A stretch of DNA of 64,000 nucleotides from an uncultured delta proteobacterium (GTDB lineage Bacteria > Myxococcota_A > Polyangia > Polyangiales > B10-G4): NCBI GenBank assembly GCA_963727445.1, contig CAVSGI010000009.1, forward strand, positions 416,001 to 480,000. Direction: 5' to 3'. Shown here one piece after another: positions 28,096 through 36,980 of this stretch (positions are counted from its first letter, which is position 1; each line of letters opens with the position of its first letter). The translations under genes and the position numbers were made by a program. The notes under the pieces are model-generated. The model ran no database searches. It saw only the letters and a list, made by a program, of their open reading frames with translations, and was not told the origin of the DNA.

Positions 28096-30064
28096 TCAGT
28101 GCGGCGCGACCCCGAACCCGGCGCGGATGTAGTTCGCGGCGTTCGGGGCCGTGAGCTCGGGGCGGTAGGTGTGCCGCGAGAGGAGCCGCGCCGAGGCGGC
28201 GTAGTCGGCGAGCGTCGATCCGATGCCGAGGCTCGCGGCGTAGGAGTCGAGGTTGCGCGTCGGCTCGGGCGGATCCGAGTCGGCGGTGATGGCGCTGGCC
28301 TCGGTCGACGACATCCATGCGCCGAGTCCGCTCCGCATGCCGTCCACGCAGAACCAGCTGTCGGCGGCGCCGCTGCTCCGGTATGCGTTGCGCTCGAAGG
28401 TCAGGGCCGACGTGCCACCGTCCACGCTGATCAGGCAATCGTCGCCGCTCGTCGAGACCACCGTGTTGTCGCGGAAGGCGACCGAGTCCCAGCCCGCGTC
28501 GGCGCGCGACCAAAGCGCGCGGCGCCGTACGCCATAGATGACGTTGTCGTGGATGTTCACGCCGCGCTCGCTCCCACCGCTCACCGCGATGCCGTAGCCG
28601 TTGCCGAGGCCGGGCTGGTTCACGAGCAGGTTGCCGACCACTTCGGTCCCGTCGTTGTCGATCAGGTCGATGTACCAGGTCAGCGTTCGTGTCGTCGGCT
28701 GGCTCCGCCCGATGTCGGTGAAGACGTTGTCGCGGATAACCGCGTTGAGGAAGCGGTATTGGCTCGTGTCGTTGCCGCCCATGCTGATGCCGATCTCGCC
28801 CTCGGCGAAGACGTTGTTCTCGATCAGGATGTCGTCCGATGCGCCGCTCGCGTCTGGCGGCCATCTTCACGCCGATGCTCGAGGCGCGCAGGACCAGGTT
28901 GTCGCGTACGACGAGGCGGTTGTTGCCCGACAGGTACATGTCGTGGTCGTAGATGGTGGCGCAGGCCTCGGCGACGTCGGGGTTCCAGCCATTCTCGTCG
29001 AAGACGTTGCCCTCGATGACGAGCCCGTCACACGTGCCCGGCGAAGATGCCCGGAGGGCCGGTAAGTGTTGTCGCCGTTGGGATCGCGCGTCCCGTCCGC
29101 GTTGTAGGCGCAGGTGCCGACGTGATAGCTGCGGTAGACGACGTTGCGGCGGACCTCGACGTTCGGTCACGTTCTGAACGACGAATTCGCCGTACTCGAC
29201 GTAGTTGTCTTCGAGGAGGAGCGAGTGCCCGGTTCCGACGAATCGAAAGGCGCCGCCAGCGGCGCCGTCGAACGCCGGATCGTCCGGCACCTTGGGAAAC
29301 GAGATGAGCGCGAGGCCGACGACGGCGAGGAAGCTCCGGTCGTGCCCGTCGTCGTCGATGAAGGGCTTGTCGATCTCGAGACGCGGACGGTCGGTGGAGT
29401 CGCCGTAGCTGGCGACGACGAGCGGGTGGGTCGCGTCCTGACCGGACTTGAAGCGCCGAACGATGCGATCGCTGCCGATGTCCATGGCGCGCCACGTGTC
29501 TCCGCGGCTGAAGAGCAGGAAGTCGTGCTATCCGTCGCGCACCAGCTCGGCGCCGCGCGCCGGGGTCGCCACCGCGAGTGCCGGGCTCGACCCGTCGTTG
29601 GCGTCGTCGCCCTCGCTCGAGCTCACGTAGACGATGCGGGTGTCGGGGCCGGGATCGAAGGTGAGTAAGCCGCTCTCCTCGGCGCGCGGGCGGGCGGCCT
29701 CGGTCGTGTCCGATGAGCTCCAGCAACCGACATCCATCTGCCAATCGACCAGGCCGTCGCCGTCGTTGTCGATGCCGTCGTTGCACTCCGTGACGACGGG
29801 CTCCTCGCAGGCGCCGCAGTCGACCTCGCAGCTGTCACAGGTCTCGCCCTCGGCGCAGGTCAGATCACCGCAGACCAGCACCGGCCCGCTGTCCATGCCC
29901 CCACCGTCGCGCACGATCGACGAATCACCGCCACTGCCGTCGGCTCCGCCATCGCTGCCTCCACCGTCCGGGGTGCTGGTCGAGTCGCCACACGCCGCGA
30001 GGAGCACCATGGAGGAAAGGAGCAACGACGGGAGCCGCCGAGAGGTGATCCGTGGGACGCGCAT
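28096..30064 (-). pseudogene. Right-handed beta-helix lipoprotein (about 650 aa) interrupted by an in-frame TAG and four +1 frameshifts; pseudogene or local sequence errors
   Basis: Lipobox VLLAA-CGD, ECNDGIDNDGDGLVDW, YVSSSEGDDANDG; TAG at 29528-29530 (VRDG*HDFLLFSRGDTW); extra bases at about 29162, 29051, 29032 and 28856 restore VEVRRNVV, SGIFAG, DGLVIEGNVF, DDILIENNVF. Confidence 0.8.
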
Positions 30065-30198
30065 GGAGCGAGTCTACGCGACTCCCGTCCGCCGACTCGA
30101 GCCTCCCGCCGTACATCGCATGTGAGCCGCTCTGTTGCTGAGCATTGGGCCCGCGGTGGCCGAATGTGGAACGCCGACGCCAGCGCGAAGATCGTGTA

Positions 30199-30375
30199 AT
30201 GACCGCGATCTGTCTTACGATCGCCCCGTGTTCCACCTGCGACGCCCCACCGACGAGGCCCCGCGCTCTGCTCGCCCGCGTCGGCAAGCCCGTCGCCCGC
30301 CGTCTCCAGCGCCGCTTCCATGCGGAGTCGAAGGCACAGATGGTGGAGGCGGTGGACCAGGCACTAGTCAAGTAG
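30199..30375 (+). pseudogene. Possible C-terminal gene remnant resembling DUF1990-type proteins
   Basis: RPRALLARVGKPVARRLQRRFHAESKAQM resembles the end of that family as I recall it; no matching N-terminal part upstream. Confidence 0.35.
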
Positions 30376-30377
30376 TG

Positions 30378-30869
30378 CTAGAGAGTCTCGACCTTGCGCA
30401 GCGCCTCCACGTGCCACTCGGGAAGGCCGTGTGCGAGCGCGCCTTCGATCAACAACCGGAGGTATTCGGCCCGAGGCGGGACGGAAGAAGGCTGTCGGTA
30501 CTCGTCGGTGACGACGTAGAGCCAGGCGTGGGCCGTCTCTTCGTCCGCGAGCCTCACCTCGACGGGATCGGGGCCGCGGCGGTAGCGGCCGGGGTGCCCT
30601 TCCTTGCGATCGATGGCGGCCAGACCACGCGCGTCGACCTCGACCAGCGCGCCGGGAAGGAGGCCGCCCTCTTTCCGCTGCACGTTCGCCGCGCCGCCCT
30701 CGCGCGACGGAGAGCGGTAGTTCCAGACGAGCTCCCATCCGTGCAGCGTCGCGGCGCGCGCCCCCAGGATGCGTGCGTCCCCGAACGCCTTGTCGTCCAT
30801 CCACCGGCGCAGGTCCGCGAGGTGCATGTTGGAGCCGTATGCGAAGACGCGATGGATGTGCTGTCTCAT
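30378..30869 (-). CDS. Gamma-glutamylcyclotransferase (GGCT/AIG2-like) family protein
   Basis: VFAYGSNM, IDRKEG...Y, PRAEYLRLLIEGA..HGLP; ATGA overlap with upstream gene. Confidence 0.88.
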   Translation of the reverse strand: MRQHIHRVFAYGSNMHLADLRRWMDDKAFGDARILGARAATLHGWELVWNYRSPSREGGAANVQRKEGGLLPGALVEVDARGLAAIDRKEGHPGRYRRGPDPVEVRLADEETAHAWLYVVTDEYRQPSSVPPRAEYLRLLIEGALAHGLPEWHVEALRKVETL

Positions 30870-31528
30870 CTCAGCATCAGCACGGCGAGCTCCGCCTCGT
30901 CGAGTGGGCGCGCGTAGATCACGAGGTCGTCGATGATTCCAGCGAAGAAGAGGCCGGGGGCGCCCGAGTTCTGGTCGGAGCCGATGAACACATCGTGGTC
31001 GTCGAAGGCCATGGGGCGAGCGATGGTCGTGCGCTCCATTCCGTTCACGTAGAGGCGCTTGTTCGTCCCGTCCCAGACGATGGCCACGTGCACCCACACG
31101 CCTGTCGTCGTGAAGACACCCGGAACCGAGTCGTAGTCGTCCGACGCGCCGTCGGTCGTGGCCGAGCCGAGCTCGTCGCCCCCCGCCATGCCGACTGTCC
31201 ACGAGTTGAAGAACGTGGCCCCGAACGCCTTGCCCGCGACGACCATCGCCGAGTCCGGTGTGACGTCGAGGGAGACCCACGCCGCAACGGTGAGGCCTGC
31301 GGGCGTCGCGAACGCGCTCGCCCGGCCTAAGATGCGGGCGTACTGCGTCGATCCGTCGAAGTGCGCCCCGTCTCCCGTGTGCCCCACGACTTGCGTTGGA
31401 CACGTCACCCCCACCATGCACGTGGCGTCGAGGCCGTTCCCCGACGCGTCGTCGATGACACCGTCGTCGGGCGGGGCGACCCCCAGCGCGAGCAGGGCCA
31501 CCACCGCGCGCGGAAAGGGACGTGGCAT
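30866..31528 (-). CDS. LamG/concanavalin-A-like domain secreted protein
   Basis: DASGNG, AHFDGSTQY, TVAAWV, WVHVAIVWDG...LYVNG, FAGIIDDLVIYARPL. Confidence 0.85.
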   Translation of the reverse strand: MPRPFPRAVVALLALGVAPPDDGVIDDASGNGLDATCMVGVTCPTQVVGHTGDGAHFDGSTQYARILGRASAFATPAGLTVAAWVSLDVTPDSAMVVAGKAFGATFFNSWTVGMAGGDELGSATTDGASDDYDSVPGVFTTTGVWVHVAIVWDGTNKRLYVNGMERTTIARPMAFDDHDVFIGSDQNSGAPGLFFAGIIDDLVIYARPLDEAELAVLMLR

Positions 31529-31733
31529 TGACGCCAAAACGTAACACGCGCCGCGAAGCCCCAACGCTCGCTGGCGACCCGCTCGCCAACGGTCTCGTGG
31601 CGGCCCTACGAGCGGAGCGCTGTCGGCTCCTCTCCGTGATTGTGAGACAAACCACGTATGAAGGCCGGGGAAAGCATAATTAAATCAACGTGTCCTTGCA
31701 GAATTTGCGAGGTAGACCACGTTCTTGGTCTTC

Positions 31734-34499
31734 ATGAACACGAACGTACATCTCCTTCGCCTCCTTCTTCCTCTACTCGTCGCCCTGAGCGCCGCTGGCT
31801 GCGGTGACGACAGCCGGCGGCCACCTCCCTCGGGCGACAGCGGCGTCGGCGACGGGGGCGACGGGGCCATGCCCGACTCGACGATGCCCGACGCGCCCAT
31901 GGACGCCGGGGACCTCTGTGTCGGCGTCGACTGCTCGGCCATGGACGACGCGTGCAACTCCGGTGTGTGCAACCCGGCCACGGGTGCTTGCATGAAAGAA
32001 CCCGTCGCCGATGGCACGAGTTGCGACGACGCCGACCCGTGCACCACCTCCGCCATGTGCAGTGGGGGGACGTGCGCTGGCGAGGGAACGCCCGACTGCA
32101 CGGCCATGGACGACATGTGCAACGTCGGCATGTGCGACAGCATGTCCGGCGACTGCATGGCGGCGCCAGTCGCGGATGGCACGGCGTGTGATGACGGCGA
32201 TGCCTGCACGCTGATGGACTCGTGCGGTGGTGGCGCGTGCGTCGGCGTCGACGGGTGCGGCGGCGCCCTCTACGCAGAGGACTTCGAAGCCGGTGACGGC
32301 GGTTGGACGACAGGCGGCACCAACTCCAGCTGGGAGTATGGGATGCCGGCCGGAAGCGTGATCACGCAAGCGGCGAGCGGCGCGAACGCCTGGGTCACCA
32401 ACCTGGACGGCAACTACAACAACAGCGAGGACTCGTACATCGAGAGCCCCCCGCTGGACTTCAGCGGCGCGACGAGCGATCCCTTCCTCCGCTTCTCCCA
32501 CGACTTCCTGACCGAGAGTTGTTGCGACGAGGGCTGGGTCGAGATCTCGATCGACGGCGGCACCACCTTCACCAAGCTCGGCGCTTCGGGAACGGGCGTC
32601 AATTGGTACAACGACGCCACCAATCAGTGGTGGGACGGCTCGTCGGATGGCTGGCGCATCGCGCAGCAGGTGCTCACCGGGACAGCCGGACAAGCCGACG
32701 TGCGCATCCGATTCGTCTTTTCTTCTGACACCAGCGTTTCCCGTGAGGGGTTCGGCGTCGACGACGTCCTGGTGCTCCCGGATGTCGACGGCGACCTCGC
32801 CATCGAGAGCGTGACCCCTCCCGCCCCGCAATGCGGCAGCACGACCGGCCCCCTCACCGTTCGCATCCGCAACCTCGGGACCACCGATGTGACCGGGTTC
32901 GACGTCACTCGAACCGTTGGCTCGATGGCCCCGGAGACCGAGACGTCCACCGATACGATCGCGGCGGGAGACTTCCTCGACTTCACCTCCGCAGACGTCA
33001 GCGTGACGGCCGAAGAGCCCGTGACCGTCCGAGTGACGGCCACCGCCGATCCGATCTCGGTCAACGATGCGCGGAGCACCACCATCAGCGTGATCCCCCA
33101 GGTCACGGGGCTCACCTACGAAGAGGACTTCGAGGCCGATGACGGCGGTTATCACGCGTCCGGCACCAACAGTACCTGGGCATACGGCACGCCCAACGGC
33201 GGGTACATTCGCGCGGCCGCGTCGGGGACCGGCGCGTGGGTCACGAACCTCAGCGGTGCCTATGCCAACGACGAGGAGTCCAATCTCGACACCGTGTGTC
33301 TGGACCTGACGGGCGCATCGAGCGATCCGGTCGTTCAGTTCCACCACGCGTACGAGACGGAGTCCTGCTGCGACGAAGGCTGGGTCGAGATCAGCGTCGA
33401 CGACGGCGCAACCTGGACGAAGCTCACCGGCGGTGCGGCGGCGATCAACTGGTACAACGACACCTCGAACGAGTGGTGGGACGGCTCCTCTGCCGCTGGT
33501 GCCGGCGCCTGGGAGCTCGCCCAGGCGGAGCTCACTGGAGCGGCAGGAAACGTGGCCAGGCTGCGTTTCCGCCTCAGCTCCGACGGCTCGTCGACCCGCG
33601 ATGGTTTCGGCGTCGACGATCTCCGGGTCGTCACCGACGTGGACGGCGACCTGGCCATCGAACAGGTCATGCCCATCGCCGCGGGCTGTGCGACCACGAC
33701 CGGCGACGTCGTCGCCCGCATTCGCAACATGGGATCCTCCGACGTCACCGGCTTCGACATTCAGTACGTCGTCGGTGCGGGGACGCCGGTGATGGAGACC
33801 GCAACGGATACCGTTCCCGCGGGCGGGACGCTCGACTACACGTTCTCGACGCCGGCGTCGTCCTCGTCCTCCGCCGACGTGACGGTCACGGTGGCTGCGG
33901 TCGGTGATCCAAACGCGGGCAACGACGTCGGCTCGGCTCAGCTGGAAGCGCCGTTGACGACAATGGCCTTTGCCGGCGGCTACGCCGAGGACTTCGAGGC
34001 CGACGACGGCGGCTGGGTTGCGCGGGGTGCGAATGCCAGCTGGGCGTGGGGAGCGCCCTCGGGCACCTACGTCTCGGCGGCCGCCGGCGGCACCAATGCC
34101 TGGGTCACCAACCTCTCGGGCGACTACAACGCGAGCGAGCTCTCCTATCTCGCCACGGGCTTCTGCCTGGACTTGAGCGGCGAGTCGGCGGACCCGACCC
34201 TGAGCTTCTCTCAGATCTACGATACCGAGAGCTGCTGCGACGAAGGTTGGGTGGAGATGAGCACCGACGGTGGCGCGACCTGGACGAAGGTCGGCAGCTC
34301 CGCGTCGGGCACCAACTGGTACAACGACACCTCGAACGAGTGGTGGGATGGCACCAGCGGTGGCGCCGGAGCCTGGCGCACGGCGAGCCACGAGCTCACC
34401 GGCGCCGCGGGTGAGATGGTTCAGCTCCGCTTCGTGATGAGCTCGGATGGGTCCGTTCAGCACGAGGGCTTCGGGGTCGACGACATCAGCATCATGTGA
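31734..34499 (+). CDS. Large surface lipoprotein with a Cys-rich stalk and three jelly-roll (immune-inhibitor-A/MAM/cleaved-adhesin-like) domains separated by two CARDB-like Ig domains
   Basis: Lipobox LSAAG-CGDD; DGTSCDDADPCT repeats; three Y.EDFEA.DGG...AWVTNL.G.Y...TESCCDEGWVE...GFGVDD units starting at 32271, 33117 and 33981; DLAI...IRN.G spacers. Confidence 0.82.
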   Translation: MNTNVHLLRLLLPLLVALSAAGCGDDSRRPPPSGDSGVGDGGDGAMPDSTMPDAPMDAGDLCVGVDCSAMDDACNSGVCNPATGACMKEPVADGTSCDDADPCTTSAMCSGGTCAGEGTPDCTAMDDMCNVGMCDSMSGDCMAAPVADGTACDDGDACTLMDSCGGGACVGVDGCGGALYAEDFEAGDGGWTTGGTNSSWEYGMPAGSVITQAASGANAWVTNLDGNYNNSEDSYIESPPLDFSGATSDPFLRFSHDFLTESCCDEGWVEISIDGGTTFTKLGASGTGVNWYNDATNQWWDGSSDGWRIAQQVLTGTAGQADVRIRFVFSSDTSVSREGFGVDDVLVLPDVDGDLAIESVTPPAPQCGSTTGPLTVRIRNLGTTDVTGFDVTRTVGSMAPETETSTDTIAAGDFLDFTSADVSVTAEEPVTVRVTATADPISVNDARSTTISVIPQVTGLTYEEDFEADDGGYHASGTNSTWAYGTPNGGYIRAAASGTGAWVTNLSGAYANDEESNLDTVCLDLTGASSDPVVQFHHAYETESCCDEGWVEISVDDGATWTKLTGGAAAINWYNDTSNEWWDGSSAAGAGAWELAQAELTGAAGNVARLRFRLSSDGSSTRDGFGVDDLRVVTDVDGDLAIEQVMPIAAGCATTTGDVVARIRNMGSSDVTGFDIQYVVGAGTPVMETATDTVPAGGTLDYTFSTPASSSSSADVTVTVAAVGDPNAGNDVGSAQLEAPLTTMAFAGGYAEDFEADDGGWVARGANASWAWGAPSGTYVSAAAGGTNAWVTNLSGDYNASELSYLATGFCLDLSGESADPTLSFSQIYDTESCCDEGWVEMSTDGGATWTKVGSSASGTNWYNDTSNEWWDGTSGGAGAWRTASHELTGAAGEMVQLRFVMSSDGSVQHEGFGVDDISIM

Positions 34500-34673
34500 G
34501 CTCGGCCCAGAGCGCCGTTTGCCCGCTCGTTGAGCGGCGGTCTTCGACCAGGCAATGGGCGGCGTCGCGCGGCTCGGCGCGACAGCGTGGCGCGCGTACG
34601 AGCCGTTGATCTCACAACACTCCGCAGGACGGGCGGGTGAGGGGCGGCACGCGGCTTGCGAGCATGCGCTCCC

Positions 34674-35906
34674 ATGTGGAGACGGCTGTGGTGTTTCGGA
34701 CTGGCCTCGATGATGGTGGGCTGTGCCTTGCCCGTCGATGGTGAGACCGATCCCAACCTCGACGAGGACGCGCTGGTGGGCAGCGTGGCGAGCGCGCTGT
34801 CGAACTACTCCTGTACGGAGCGAGGCGACACCGGATACGTCAGCGGCAGCCCCTTCGACATCGTGGTGGTGACGGTTCAGGACAAGCCGGTCGAGGTCTC
34901 CACCGCCAACGCCTACATCCACATGGCCACCGCCGCCGAAGCGGACGGGGTGAACCTGCGGATCGTCAGCGGCTTTCGGACGAACGCCGAGCAGCAGCAC
35001 CTCTACTACTGCTACACCTCCTGCACCTGCAACGGCTGCAACCTCGCCGCCCACCCGGGTTACAGCAATCACCAGAGCGGCCACGCGCTCGACCTGAACA
35101 CCTCGAGCGCGGGCGTCCTCAACTGGCTCAACCACAACGGCGCGCACTTCGGCTTCTCGCGCACGGTGCCGAGCGAGGACTGGCACTGGGAGTTCTGGGG
35201 CGACGACCCCGGCGACGGTCCGTGCGGCCGTCGCGACCCACCGACCGCCGAGGACTGCCCGGATCTCCCTGCGGACGGCGGCGTCGTCGAGGAGACCTCG
35301 GGCTGCTTCTACGCACACGGCCCGGCGGCGTACTGGCGTCACGAAGACGGCGCCGGCCACGGGGGCTCGCTGCTCTGGACGAACGCCTGGGAGAGCGACA
35401 CGCCATCCGACTGGGCGCGCTGGTACCTCCGTCCAAGGCGAGCAGGACGGTACTCGGTTCAGGTGTGGGCCGAGCCTGGCTTCGCGGTCTTCCGTCGCGC
35501 GCGCTACGTCGTACGGCACGACGGCGTCGAAGACGAGCTCATCGTGGACCTCTCGGGCGCCTCGGGGTGGCTCGAGCTCGGGACTTTCGACATGGGCACC
35601 GGCAACCGACAGAACGTCTCCGTCTACGACGACAGCCCCACCGCGGTGCCCGCCGATCAGCACATCCCCGCCGATGCGGTACGCCTCGTCCCGGCGCCGG
35701 ATCTCGAGGTGCCTCCGCTGGAGGAGGAGCCGCCGAGCATCGAGATGGCGGAGCCAGGCACCGATGCTGGCGTGGGCGTGGGCGCGGGCGCAGGACCGGG
35801 AGCGATCACCGGGGGCTGCGACGTCGCGGCCCGCCGCGGCGAGGGCCTCGGCTGGACGTGGCTCGGAGCCATGCTCGTGCTCTTCGTCCGGCGACGCCGT
35901 CGCTGA
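34674..35906 (+). CDS. M15 (VanY-like D,D-carboxypeptidase family) zinc peptidase with a golvesin-like beta-sandwich and MYXO-CTERM tail
   Basis: IVSGFRTNAEQ, PGYSNHQSGHALDL (SxHxxGxAxD), EDWHWEF (ExWH); WARW...AGRYSVQVW; C-terminal GGC-hydrophobic-RRRRR. Confidence 0.87.
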   Translation: MWRRLWCFGLASMMVGCALPVDGETDPNLDEDALVGSVASALSNYSCTERGDTGYVSGSPFDIVVVTVQDKPVEVSTANAYIHMATAAEADGVNLRIVSGFRTNAEQQHLYYCYTSCTCNGCNLAAHPGYSNHQSGHALDLNTSSAGVLNWLNHNGAHFGFSRTVPSEDWHWEFWGDDPGDGPCGRRDPPTAEDCPDLPADGGVVEETSGCFYAHGPAAYWRHEDGAGHGGSLLWTNAWESDTPSDWARWYLRPRRAGRYSVQVWAEPGFAVFRRARYVVRHDGVEDELIVDLSGASGWLELGTFDMGTGNRQNVSVYDDSPTAVPADQHIPADAVRLVPAPDLEVPPLEEEPPSIEMAEPGTDAGVGVGAGAGPGAITGGCDVAARRGEGLGWTWLGAMLVLFVRRRRR

Positions 35907-35918
35907 CGGATCAGAGGC

Positions 35919-36980
35919 TCACCGCAGAGCGCGATCGCGACGGCTGAGCATCTGTTTGACGAGGCGGGTGACGGGCTCGATATCAGCCATGTGTGAGGAG
36001 GGTCGGGGCGCGAGAGCGTGGGTGAGGGGCTCGGCGTCGCCCGGGGCGAAGATGGTGACCTCGTTGACGACGCCATCGAGCAAACCCGGGCACTGAAAGA
36101 CGATCTCCGGTCGCCCTTCGATGGCGAACGACGGAATCTCCTCGGGGTTCAGGATGGCGTCTTCGGTGCAGAGGTCGGCCGCTGGATGGCGCCGCCCGAA
36201 GACGACGAAGTAGGCGAGCCGGTAGTCGTCGTCGAGGACCAGCTCACCGGGCCGGATGTCGCGGTACACGAGCACGATCTCCGTTTCTCGCGTGACGGGG
36301 GGCGCCTCGACGATGGGCTCGGGCTCGACGATGGGCTCGGGCTGCGGCGCGGGCTCGGGCTGCGGCGCGGGCTCGGGTGGAGCTCCGGCTTCCAGCGCCG
36401 CGAGGTGGTCGATGAGCGCTTGGTCTCTCCGCTGGCACGACTCGTCATCCGGAGACCGTTGGTGGAAGGAGAAGCAGAGGATGGGGTGCCCACTGGGGAG
36501 CGGGGAGGACGATGCGCCAAAGCTCGACTGGCCATTCGCGAGGCGGGCATTCAGCGGGCCGCCGGAAAAATCGCCGAGCGACCCGACCCGGACCACGCCG
36601 GAAGGAGGTACGGTGACCGTCACCTCGCGGCTCAGGCCCCCCGCCTCGAGCGTGCCAGAGGCGGCGGGATCTTCGATGACGAAGATCTCGTCTCGTGAGA
36701 AGCCGGGAGGGACGTCGAAGACGAGGACGGGCTCGAAGAGGCCTTCGTAAGAGGTCAAGAGGACGGCTACGGCACCGACTCCGCCGCCGACGACCATTCC
36801 GCCGGTGCTGAGCAGAGCGGTCATCACACCACTGCCTTGCGGCTGCCCGTCTCCTTTGCGCCGCGCCATCACGCGCGCGAGGAAGAACCCCACGCCACCG
36901 CCGACGAGTCCGGGCCCGATGACCATGCAGGTCATCGCGAGAAGGATGGCCACGGCCATGCCGCTGTCGGGAGCGCTCAT
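35919..36980 (-). CDS. Hypothetical membrane protein (two N-terminal TMs, Pro/Glu linker)
   Basis: Two hydrophobic segments; PEPAPQPEPAPQPEPIVEPEPIVE linker encoded by 18-nt repeats; ATGA overlap with upstream gene. Confidence 0.65.
   Translation of the reverse strand: MSAPDSGMAVAILLAMTCMVIGPGLVGGGVGFFLARVMARRKGDGQPQGSGVMTALLSTGGMVVGGGVGAVAVLLTSYEGLFEPVLVFDVPPGFSRDEIFVIEDPAASGTLEAGGLSREVTVTVPPSGVVRVGSLGDFSGGPLNARLANGQSSFGASSSPLPSGHPILCFSFHQRSPDDESCQRRDQALIDHLAALEAGAPPEPAPQPEPAPQPEPIVEPEPIVEAPPVTRETEIVLVYRDIRPGELVLDDDYRLAYFVVFGRRHPAADLCTEDAILNPEEIPSFAIEGRPEIVFQCPGLLDGVVNEVTIFAPGDAEPLTHALAPRPSSHMADIEPVTRLVKQMLSRRDRALR

Noticed and set aside
29528..29530. In-frame TAG as possible pyrrolysine or programmed readthrough
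   Set aside because: The same gene has four frameshifts nearby, no pyl genes are visible, and TAG acts as a normal stop for gltA and mreB
26100..31700. Mobile element or prophage explaining the accessory lipoprotein region
   Set aside because: No integrase, transposase, phage genes, tRNA target or flanking direct repeats were seen
31560..31733. Riboswitch or ncRNA in the AT-rich intergenic region
   Set aside because: I could not match the conserved cores of c-di-GMP, cobalamin, TPP or SAM riboswitches by eye; an Infernal/Rfam scan would be needed
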